This document shows, piece after piece, positions 48,891-57,489 of a stretch of 64,000 nt of DNA. Numbering within the stretch: the first letter of the stretch is position 1; each line of letters opens with the position of its first letter. The stretch comes from a bacterium (GTDB lineage: Bacteria; UBP15; UBA6099): contig JAKQPS010000113.1 in assembly GCA_029564595.1 (NCBI GenBank), positions 32,227 to 96,226 on the forward strand. Reading direction: 5' to 3'. The notes beneath the pieces are model-generated. The model did not search any database. It saw only the letters and a list, made by a program, of their open reading frames with translations, and was not told the origin of the DNA. A program made the position numbers and the translations under genes.

Positions 48891-49937
48891 ATGAAAAACG
48901 AGATAGTTCTCGTTACAGGTTCTGGCGGTTTCAACGGTCGTGTCGTTCTGGAAATGCTGAAAGAAAAAGGATATAAAGTGCGCGCGACGGACCTCGAAGT
49001 CGGCGAACGCACCGCAAGCAGAGATTATTACGATTCTCTCGGAGTGGAGTTCATCCCTTCCGATCTCACGAAGCCTGAAACGCTTCCCGCAGTTCTGAAA
49101 GGCGTCAAATGCATTATGCATACTGCGTCGCTCTTTGACTACAGCGCCACGCTGGAAGCCAACAACGTTATCAATGTTGACGGCGGGCGCAACCTTCTAG
49201 AAGCGTGCGTTGCCGCGGGCGTGGACAAAATTATCCTCTGGGGCACAATCGGCGTTTACGGCGTGCAGGAGATATTCCCCGTTACCGAAAAGAATCCGCC
49301 CAACCCCGGAAACGCTTACGAAATTTCCAAATATGAGCAGGAAAAGCTCTTTCTCGGTTATGCCGCAGAAGGAAAAATCAAAGTGGCGGTGATGCGCCCC
49401 GCTCCTGTTTACGGGCCGCGCAACAGGTACGGCTTCATCAACATAGTCAAACTTGCCACAGCCGCCCCAGCGATACCGGTGCCGGAGAAGCTTGAAGTCA
49501 GACTGCCTTCCATCCATGTCAAAGACGTGGCTCGCGCCGGCATATTCCTATTCGAAGCGCCGGACGAAAAGACAAACGGAGAAGTCTTCACGCTCATCGA
49601 CGATTCCTGCATCCGCGTGTCCGACTTCCTGTACCTCATAGCCGGTCTTCTCGGCAGACCCACCATGCCGATTAAAATCAGCTTGGACAGAAACATCCTG
49701 ATTAGCATCGGCCATCTGGCCGCCAAGATATCCGCCGCAGGCGCAATCCACCTCACTCACAAACGCCCCATCCTCGAAGACGCGACCGTCGGCTACCTTC
49801 AGTACGATTACATTTTCTCCAACCAGAAGCTTAAAGACATCGGGTTCAAGTTCGCATACCCCGACGTCCGCGTCGGACTCATTGAAATGACGGACTGGAT
49901 AAAAGAAGAAAATTACGAGCCTTTGAAACTTTTTTAA
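48891..49937 (+). CDS. NAD-dependent epimerase/dehydratase-family protein
   Basis: VLVTGSGGFNGRVV Rossmann motif. Confidence 0.75.
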   Translation: MKNEIVLVTGSGGFNGRVVLEMLKEKGYKVRATDLEVGERTASRDYYDSLGVEFIPSDLTKPETLPAVLKGVKCIMHTASLFDYSATLEANNVINVDGGRNLLEACVAAGVDKIILWGTIGVYGVQEIFPVTEKNPPNPGNAYEISKYEQEKLFLGYAAEGKIKVAVMRPAPVYGPRNRYGFINIVKLATAAPAIPVPEKLEVRLPSIHVKDVARAGIFLFEAPDEKTNGEVFTLIDDSCIRVSDFLYLIAGLLGRPTMPIKISLDRNILISIGHLAAKISAAGAIHLTHKRPILEDATVGYLQYDYIFSNQKLKDIGFKFAYPDVRVGLIEMTDWIKEENYEPLKLF

Positions 49938-49961
49938 TTTTAGTCGCAACACGCAACCGAA

Positions 49962-49992
49962 ACCGCGAGCGCATTCAGCTCGCGGTTTTTTT
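49962..49992 (+). terminator. Intrinsic terminator accgcgagc-gcattca-gctcgcggt followed by UUUUUUUU
   Basis: Seen directly, 25 nt after the epimerase stop. Confidence 0.65.
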
Positions 49993-50134
49993 TGTTGCGC
50001 GTTTTAATCAAAATGTCATTTTGTCTAATCGCAGCATTCTCAAGCGCGCATTTTATTGTTTTAATGCGCCATGTTCCTGTTATAATACTTCAGGCGTTCG
50101 CAGGCGGCCGCATAAACTGAAAGGCGGAACTAAA

Positions 50135-51064
50135 ATGAAATTTAAGTTGTTTAATCGGTTTTCATTCATATTGTGTTTATCTATTGTCATGGCGCTCTTT
50201 TCTTTTCTCCTTACAGGATGCAGACCTGATTCGTCTTCCGGTCAAATTGAAAAATGGATGGGAGACTACGCCTCCGAGATGTCCGAGCGAGGTTTGAATC
50301 TACAGGCTATACAAGCATACGAAAGAAGCCTTTCGGTGTCAGGGCTGACCGCTTCGGACAAAGCGGAAATCCATTTTGCCATTGCGGAAATATACAGAGA
50401 AAAGATGTCTGACTGCGACAATGCTCTGGCCCACTACGTAATGATCGACTATATCCAACCGGACGGGAGTTTTGCAAAGAAATCCGCGCCGCTGATTTCA
50501 GAGTGTATGGAAAAAACCGGACGCTTCATGGACGCGCGCCGCGCCGTTGAAGGCGAGAAAACGGACGCCGAAAAGGAAACTATCGTAGCGGTGGTCAAAG
50601 GCGTGGAGATTACGCTGTCGGACTTGGATCAGATTGTCAGAGACACGATGATGGACCCAAGCCAGTTATCAAGAGAAGAAAAAATCGAACTGCTCAGCGC
50701 AAGAATATCTCAGGAGCTTATGGCCGACGCCGCTTTGCAAAAAGGTTATCATAAAGACCCGGATATTCAGAAAAAAGTCGAAGAATTCAGGCGCGCTCAA
50801 CTCGCCAACAAGGTTTTTCAGGAGGAAATACGCGGAAAATCGAGAGTGTCGCCGGAAATCGTAAAAAGGTATTACGATGAGAACAGGAGCCTTTTTACTG
50901 ATGAAAACGGCAACATCGCCCCATTTGAACTGGCAAGCTCCCAGATATACGCAAAATTAAATCTCGACGCGCAACAGAGAGCTGCCCAGACGTATCTGCA
51001 AAGCTTGCTGGCTTCTGAAAAAACAGAGATATTCAGAGACAGAATACCCGACAAAGCGAAGTAG
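50135..51064 (+). CDS. Lipoprotein with SurA-N-terminal-like chaperone domain
   Basis: Lipobox LLTGC. The central region resembles the SurA_N/PpiD helical chaperone domain. Confidence 0.5.
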   Translation: MKFKLFNRFSFILCLSIVMALFSFLLTGCRPDSSSGQIEKWMGDYASEMSERGLNLQAIQAYERSLSVSGLTASDKAEIHFAIAEIYREKMSDCDNALAHYVMIDYIQPDGSFAKKSAPLISECMEKTGRFMDARRAVEGEKTDAEKETIVAVVKGVEITLSDLDQIVRDTMMDPSQLSREEKIELLSARISQELMADAALQKGYHKDPDIQKKVEEFRRAQLANKVFQEEIRGKSRVSPEIVKRYYDENRSLFTDENGNIAPFELASSQIYAKLNLDAQQRAAQTYLQSLLASEKTEIFRDRIPDKAK

Positions 51065-51258
51065 TTTGAGCGGCTATCGACGTCCTGAATGTTACATGTT
51101 TAATTAACACACAAAATAATCTGGAACCTGCGGAATCGTCGCTGAGAAGCGCGTATGAATTTTAGTTGTGTTTTATAGCTTAACCATCTATCCATATAAA
51201 CGGCTCGTATGTTATAATCACACTCCAAAATATTGACTGCCGACGGAGGGTGGGAACA

Positions 51259-52050
51259 ATGTCTCTTGATTTCAGCAAAATGGAAGTTATCAATCAAGGC
51301 AAAACAAAAATCATATATCAGAACCCTGACGACGCAGGTTCGGTGTACATGGCGTTCAAGGACGACATCACCGCCGGAGACGGAGTCAAGCGCGACGTGA
51401 TTGAAGGCAAAGCGCTTATCGACTGGAAAACGAACCGGGACATTTTCGAACTGCTCAACCGCAGAGGCGTTCGCACTCACTACATCTCCAGCCCCGCCGA
51501 AAAAGTCTCGCTGGTCAAAAAATTGGACAGAAAAATCAACCTCGAAGTGATAGCGCGCCGCGTCGCCGCCGGCTCTATCCTTAAATGGAGCAATGTGGCG
51601 GAAGGCGACCGCTTCGATCCGCCCTCCGTTCAATTCCACTATAAAGACGACCCTCTCCACGACCCGATGCTCGACGAGGCTTATATCGATTTTATGATCC
51701 GCGAAAAGAATTCCTTCGAATACGCCGACATGCGGCGCATCAATGTCGAGGTCTTCCTCATCCTTGAAGAGGCATTCGCAAAGTTCGGCGTCCAGCTTGT
51801 CGACTTCAAGCTCGAATACGGCATAATCGACGGAAAAACCACGCTGATAGACGAAATCACGGGCGGGTCTTTCAGGCTGTGGCCGTACGCGAAGGAAAAT
51901 CCAAACCTGAACCAGCCGAATGTCATTTCAGAACTTAATCCCGCAGGCAGGCTCGACAAGGATATCTACCGAATGGGCGGAGACCTTGCAGTCGTGTCGA
52001 ACAAGTTCGCTGAAATCGCGTCTATAACCGAAAAGTTCAAGGACCTCTGA
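51259..52050 (+). CDS. purC: Phosphoribosylaminoimidazole-succinocarboxamide synthase
   Basis: SAICAR synthetase signatures (GKTKIIY, LEVIARR, DFKLEYG). Confidence 0.9.
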   Translation: MSLDFSKMEVINQGKTKIIYQNPDDAGSVYMAFKDDITAGDGVKRDVIEGKALIDWKTNRDIFELLNRRGVRTHYISSPAEKVSLVKKLDRKINLEVIARRVAAGSILKWSNVAEGDRFDPPSVQFHYKDDPLHDPMLDEAYIDFMIREKNSFEYADMRRINVEVFLILEEAFAKFGVQLVDFKLEYGIIDGKTTLIDEITGGSFRLWPYAKENPNLNQPNVISELNPAGRLDKDIYRMGGDLAVVSNKFAEIASITEKFKDL

Positions 52051-52223
52051 GACTTCTCTTTGCGCGCGGTTTTCTGCTGACTATTCCCGGTTTTGCCCCG
52101 GAACGCGTTCGTATATGTTATACTTCTATCTGCCGGGGACGGACGCGATAGTGTATTCAGGCTCCATTCTCGATGCGTAATTCAGCGGTTTCTTTTTGAC
52201 GCATTACATGCCGGAGCGAAAAC

Positions 52224-53621
52224 ATGCCGCATCATGAACAAAAAGACGAACTGAGAGTCGATGAAAAATTCTATAATAAACTCGGCGTTGACGACGATAA
52301 AGCGCTTGCCAACATAGAGAGCGCGATTGAGTTGTATCAGGGCAAACACGACCGCGCCGGTAGAACCGACGCCGCCATAAATTTCGAAAAATCGCTCAGC
52401 ATACTGTCGGTGTCGTTCGTGAGGCTGTGTCAGGAAATCCTTCGCGCCACTGACGGAGCGTTCTCGCCCGAACAAAGGCTTTTTTTGAATTTCGGCGTGG
52501 TGGATCCGAGGCTTTTTTCGAGTTTGACCGTAATCGGAGACCTTGTGGCGGAGATAGATTCGCGTCAACCCTCCGAAAGATTCGAATCCTACTATATGGA
52601 TGAATGGCTTGAGAGAATAGCGCGCGGCGCTATTGCTCCCACTTCAGAGGCCGCCAAAGTCAAATCAAAGACAAAAAGTCAGGAAGTGGAAGACGCCCGG
52701 CGCGAAAAGAAAAGGAAACTTGAAATTGAGCTTGAGTCTCTTTCCGGAGAAGAGCTTGACGCGTTCGTGATATTCAAGGATTTATACGGAAACTATTACC
52801 CCGACGCCGACCAGAACGGCAAACTCAAGGAATTGGCAGATATAAGAAAAACCGTCTCTAATCTGGAGAGAATCATCAAAGAACAAAATGCCAAGATGGC
52901 GGAAATCGAGTCGCTTACGGTCAAGGAAACCGCCGGAGGCGGCACTATCGCTGAAAGCCGCCGCTCGACAAGATTCGCCAGAATGCGAGAGGAATTCGAC
53001 ATCCTAGTGACCGTGATGAGAAGCTGCGCGGCTAGAGGCGGTCTTGTGAAAAACACTCCCGCTCTCATAGATAAATGGATTCCTATGGACTCCCGCGTCA
53101 GCGTAAACACGATCGCTCACGTTGAGAGCAAATTCTCGGAGTTTGAAAGTCTTGATTACACCATTTTCACGGACGCGAAGGGCGCTCGCAAGGCTCCAAA
53201 AGTCCTTGTTCTACCGGGCGTCGGAGCGGGCATGGCATGGAAAGACCGCATTATGGTTTCGTTGTTCCCGCCTCCAGCCACTCAGCCGGACATCAGCCTC
53301 ATCAAGACCTTCGCCGGCTACCGCTGGCACATCGCCACTTCGTCTTTTAACTGGAAACACCTCCCCGGCGAACTCGGCAGCATGTATCAGCTTATTTACC
53401 CCGACCTGACATACAACAACCTCGAAAAATCTTTCACAGACGACTACGTGAACTGGATGACGAAAGAAGCTCAAGGGTTTCAGGTTCTTTCCGCTCAAAC
53501 CCGGATACTGTTCTGGAAGAAAATCCCCTTCCCCGCCGAATACAAGCGGAAGCTCTCCAAACGCGCTGCGGCCTATGCCAAGCTCTACGCCGAAGACCTC
53601 GCCCGCGGAATATCAAGCTAA
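52224..53621 (+). CDS. Hypothetical protein (465 aa, no recognised domain)
   Basis: Long ORF with coding-like composition and a coiled-coil middle section. No recognised motif. Confidence 0.45.
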   Translation: MPHHEQKDELRVDEKFYNKLGVDDDKALANIESAIELYQGKHDRAGRTDAAINFEKSLSILSVSFVRLCQEILRATDGAFSPEQRLFLNFGVVDPRLFSSLTVIGDLVAEIDSRQPSERFESYYMDEWLERIARGAIAPTSEAAKVKSKTKSQEVEDARREKKRKLEIELESLSGEELDAFVIFKDLYGNYYPDADQNGKLKELADIRKTVSNLERIIKEQNAKMAEIESLTVKETAGGGTIAESRRSTRFARMREEFDILVTVMRSCAARGGLVKNTPALIDKWIPMDSRVSVNTIAHVESKFSEFESLDYTIFTDAKGARKAPKVLVLPGVGAGMAWKDRIMVSLFPPPATQPDISLIKTFAGYRWHIATSSFNWKHLPGELGSMYQLIYPDLTYNNLEKSFTDDYVNWMTKEAQGFQVLSAQTRILFWKKIPFPAEYKRKLSKRAAAYAKLYAEDLARGISS

Positions 53622-53703
53622 ACAACAATGTTTTATCGCCCTGTTTAGCGGATGTTTTTGATTCGACCGGCTTTGTTCTTTAGTTGTATATACCTTCATT
53701 AAA

Positions 53704-53926
53704 CCCGAATTCGTCGATAGAACCGACGAACCGGGGCGATTTTCATAGCGGCGAACCGCTTCGTTCCCGCCTCGAAAATTTGTTCAATAGGGGCGCGGTT
53801 TCCGCGCCCGACAACTGCTGCGATTTGGGGCGGGGCAACCCCGCCTCTACTGCGAAATGCGCTTTGCGTTCCGCTTTTCATCCGCGCTGAACAATCGCTT
53901 TCGAATCCTGATTAAGGATTCGGATT
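53704..53926 (+). repeat. Copy B of the structured intergenic repeat family (about 223 nt)
   Basis: Collinear with copy A. Carries the same four hairpin modules with compensatory base differences. Confidence 0.75.
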
Positions 53927-54042
53927 AAAGCATAAAAAGCTGTGATATCCTGCCGGGTTCGCGCTGACGGAATGAAGGTGGATAAGAGCATCTCGCCGCT
54001 TGGAAGATACTGATTGCCGCGCGCCATTATTCCTATCTTATC

Positions 54043-54633
54043 TTAGCCGTTTGACATAAAAAAAGCCGAACTGCTGAGAGCGATCTTCGGGCGGTCCGTC
54101 AATTTGAAACCAGCCTCTTCGATTGTCTTTATCGTTTCATCGAATTGTCGCAAAGAAACATGAAACTTAGGCTCCATAATAAGGAATCCTGCTCCCGGCT
54201 TTAGACATGCCCGCAAACGGCTGAGAAATAGCGGCAGGTTATCCACCTCGTGAATAACCCAACTGGCGACCGCGAAATCAGCCTGAATAGGAAGCTCCGG
54301 CCCGTCTGAAGGCGCAAGCGCGGTTGTTATGCGGTCGCCCACGCCGGCCCGCGCGGCGCGTTTCGCAAGCACGTCCAGCATCGGCTGTTGTATGTCGCAA
54401 CTATAGACGCGTCCGCGCGGCCCCGCGACTTTCGCAATGGCTATTGAAAAAAAGCCCATGCCACATCCCAAGTCCAGAGAGACAGCTCCTTCATTGATAT
54501 ATGGACGGACTATCTGCTCAGGATTTTGGAAAAGCCGCCTCAGCGTGTTGTCGAAAAAATACGCGTTCCTCCACGGACACACACGATGACTGTCAACAGA
54601 CATAAATGTTTCCTCCGCATTCAAAACAACCAT
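54043..54633 (-). CDS. Class I SAM-dependent methyltransferase
   Basis: Motif I VSLDLGCGMGFF, post-I acidic residue, motif II context. Confidence 0.75.
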   Translation of the reverse strand: MVVLNAEETFMSVDSHRVCPWRNAYFFDNTLRRLFQNPEQIVRPYINEGAVSLDLGCGMGFFSIAIAKVAGPRGRVYSCDIQQPMLDVLAKRAARAGVGDRITTALAPSDGPELPIQADFAVASWVIHEVDNLPLFLSRLRACLKPGAGFLIMEPKFHVSLRQFDETIKTIEEAGFKLTDRPKIALSSSAFFMSNG

Positions 54634-54809
54634 GTTTTGCCTTGTCAGGATATTTGAAACAAAATAGATGATATTCTGTCCGCGTCAAACAAGAACGAAG
54701 CGACAAGCCGCTTCGTATGTAACCGAGTTCAAGTCGACTATTCAAGACCATATAGCTCTCTTGTTTTTGTTTGGTTCGTTTCTTCAGTTGAAAAGTCTGT
54801 CGCGCGCGA

Positions 54810-57428
54810 TTATTCGCGAGCGATGTCCGCATATAGCGACGTTTTCTGCTCCATGACATTGGCGTTGAGTTTTATCGGACGGTTGAACAGAGAGCGGGCT
54901 TCTATCAGTTTCACCGCGCGGCTCATAGAAGAGTCTTCAGGGAGAAGCTCTTCGAGCATGTTGCGCGCGGATTCCAGAGCCTGCGCGTTAAACAGGTTTC
55001 CTTCGACATTCGGGAAGTAAGCGATGTACAGGATGTCCATCTCCACCAAGTCGTTGAAGAAATGAGTGCCGAGAGAAACTTCGGGGATAAGGTTGTCGTT
55101 CATAGCGACAAGTTCGCAGATAACAGAGGCGGCGTTGATTTCGGTGAAGGAAACCGGAAGCCCCAGTTCGGGCATGGAAGACCCCCAACGGCCGGGGCCT
55201 ATCATCATGATGTTGCCGCCGGATTTGAGTTGCGGGAGGCGGGCAATCTTTCCTATGAGTCTGGCGGCGGCGTACCTGTCCGAGCGAGGAAGCTCTCCGT
55301 ATACCGAGGGAGGCACATAGATTATCCAGTCTATGTTGATATCGCGGCTTTTTCCGATGACAGCGCCGGTGGACTTCATAATCAGATTTTCGACGGGGAT
55401 AACGGGAGTCTCGGCGACTTCCCCGACCCCTTTGATGTTCAGGGGACGACATTGCAAAAGATTGATTCTGAGAGCGCCGTCGTCAGTGAAGTTGCCAGTG
55501 AACTCGATGTCAACGTCGGCGCCGTAAGCCTCACGCAGGATTGACATCATCTCGCGCATATCATCGGCGAAAGAGGTTTCCTTGAGGAGTTTGTTGAAAG
55601 TGAGGGCGCGGGAGGAAACATTTTTCATGCCGGCGGCTGCGGCGCGCCTGTCTGTTTCGGAGTCCCGCGAAGACACCATCTCAAGAGGAATGTCCTCGCA
55701 CCTATTGGCAATTTTCTCAAAGGACATGAAGACCAGTTGGTTGGAATCAAGGTCGATCACGTCAGCTCTGCGCTGCGCGTATTTTCTCACTTTGTCGAAG
55801 CTGGATTCCGGGCGCATGCCGGGCATGTTGAGGGCGACGATTCTGGTGTAATCGTCGTCCACGCGGTCGACGGCGCGTGTTCCCAACCCGAACACGAGCC
55901 TGAGCATTCCCGCCTCCGGCACGATGCGTTTGTCCCAGACATAAGGATTGTGGGAGTAGCCGACGCCCGCGATGTGCGGGAAGAAAAGCCGGTTGTGGAA
56001 GGAGCCGGACACGCGTTGAACGAGCAGAGCCATCTGCTCATCCTGTTGGAGAAGTCCGCGCCTCGCGCGGTATGAAAGAGCTTTCTCGCTCATTGAGCTG
56101 GCATAGATGGACAACGCGGCGGAGATGAAATCTTCGAGCCTTTTCTCGCGAGGCCCCTGATTGGCGCAGAACACGCTTTCGTATTTTCCTGAAAACGCAT
56201 TCAGATAATTGTCTTCAAGAAGACTGCTCGACCTTACGATTATCGGCGACTGCCCGAAGTAGTCGAGCATATCCGCGAACTGCTTAATGATGGAATCCGG
56301 GAACTGGCCGACGAGCATCCTTCTGCGCGCCTGTCCCGCTCCTTCCATGAACCTTTCAGGGTCTTTCTGTTTTTCTCTGATGTGCCAAAGTCCGTTATGA
56401 ACGATAAATGAATAGAAGACATCCGAGCCGACGTAAAAAGAATCGTGCGCTTCAAGAAGGTCGGGCCACCGTCCGCCTTGTTTGCGAAGTATAGCGCGGG
56501 ATATGAGCATGCCGACTGACTTGCCGCCTATCTGTCCGCTGCCTATCATCCTCGATTTTATCTGCAACACATCGGAAAGAGTCAGGCATGAGCGAGCCAG
56601 TTCGAGAACCCGCGCGTCGCGGGATATCGTTATCCCGGCCAGTTTCGAGAGAGCGTCCGCCGCGTCGCTCTCAGGCCGTTCACCGCGTTTCACCGCATCG
56701 TTGATTTCTTTCGCCTCAGCGTAAATCCTTTCAAGGTCGCCCAAAGCGGCTTCGTTTTCTCCGGGGTTGACGCCCGGAGCGGACATCATAACGTCTGAAA
56801 TGGAAGCGCTGTTTGTGACGGGTTGGAAACCTGAGCCGTCCCATACGTGCAGCATGTACATGGTGGGCGAATATCTGCGCTGTACTTTCAGAGGATGGAG
56901 ATACAATTCTCCGCTCTGTCTGAAAACGTTTATTATCACTTGGGCGGTGTTGTGTATGCGCTGGATGACGTCCGAAGAGTTGCGTCCACGCAACAACGCA
57001 AAATAGGCGATAGCTTCAACATCCAGAAGGTAAGGGCAAATCAGCACGAACATGTTGCCGAGCATCTGATCGCTGTGCCAGCGCTCCGAAAGGTCGGTCA
57101 GGCTGTCGAAGATATAGAAAGCGCCGCGGCCGTTCTCCCGGATTACGGCGTGGAGGTCGGAAATAAATTTCTCAAACCCGGCTTCCAGAGCGGGGCGAAC
57201 GATGTCCACGCCTGAATCCTCCGGCACAAGAGGCCGGTGGGAGCCGAACCGGAAATACACCACCTTGCGCCCTTTGGCCCTCGCGCTCTGCCAGTACGGA
57301 GCGAGAAAGAACTCATAATCCTCAAGGGTGTCAGCGCGCCAAACGATGTTGTCTCCGGGGATAAGCCCGCGCAACGTGTTGTCCAGACCGGGAAGCCCGG
57401 TGCTGAGTTGGGAATCTATCTGAGTCAT
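54810..57428 (-). CDS. Fusion protein: degenerate KaiC/RecA-like N-domain + PEP-synthase/PPDK-type ATP-grasp (PEP/pyruvate-binding) domain
   Basis: N-terminal GLPGLDNTLRGLIPGDNIVW resembles the KaiC/RadA GxPGLDxxLGGGxxxG lead-in but has no Walker A. Central IIVRSSSLLEDNYLNAFSGKYESV matches the PPDK_N/PEP-synthase nucleotide-binding motif. Confidence 0.55.
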   Translation of the reverse strand: MTQIDSQLSTGLPGLDNTLRGLIPGDNIVWRADTLEDYEFFLAPYWQSARAKGRKVVYFRFGSHRPLVPEDSGVDIVRPALEAGFEKFISDLHAVIRENGRGAFYIFDSLTDLSERWHSDQMLGNMFVLICPYLLDVEAIAYFALLRGRNSSDVIQRIHNTAQVIINVFRQSGELYLHPLKVQRRYSPTMYMLHVWDGSGFQPVTNSASISDVMMSAPGVNPGENEAALGDLERIYAEAKEINDAVKRGERPESDAADALSKLAGITISRDARVLELARSCLTLSDVLQIKSRMIGSGQIGGKSVGMLISRAILRKQGGRWPDLLEAHDSFYVGSDVFYSFIVHNGLWHIREKQKDPERFMEGAGQARRRMLVGQFPDSIIKQFADMLDYFGQSPIIVRSSSLLEDNYLNAFSGKYESVFCANQGPREKRLEDFISAALSIYASSMSEKALSYRARRGLLQQDEQMALLVQRVSGSFHNRLFFPHIAGVGYSHNPYVWDKRIVPEAGMLRLVFGLGTRAVDRVDDDYTRIVALNMPGMRPESSFDKVRKYAQRRADVIDLDSNQLVFMSFEKIANRCEDIPLEMVSSRDSETDRRAAAAGMKNVSSRALTFNKLLKETSFADDMREMMSILREAYGADVDIEFTGNFTDDGALRINLLQCRPLNIKGVGEVAETPVIPVENLIMKSTGAVIGKSRDINIDWIIYVPPSVYGELPRSDRYAAARLIGKIARLPQLKSGGNIMMIGPGRWGSSMPELGLPVSFTEINAASVICELVAMNDNLIPEVSLGTHFFNDLVEMDILYIAYFPNVEGNLFNAQALESARNMLEELLPEDSSMSRAVKLIEARSLFNRPIKLNANVMEQKTSLYADIARE

Positions 57429-57489
57429 GCCCGCCCTCTAAGCGCTCCGGTATTGAATATCAAAATGCTCATTAATTCCGAAACCGCCG

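Noticed and set aside
51065-51258. Possible purine/ZTP riboswitch upstream of purC
   Set aside because: No convincing match to the conserved ZTP (pfl) or purine-riboswitch cores could be seen by eye. It is left unannotated.
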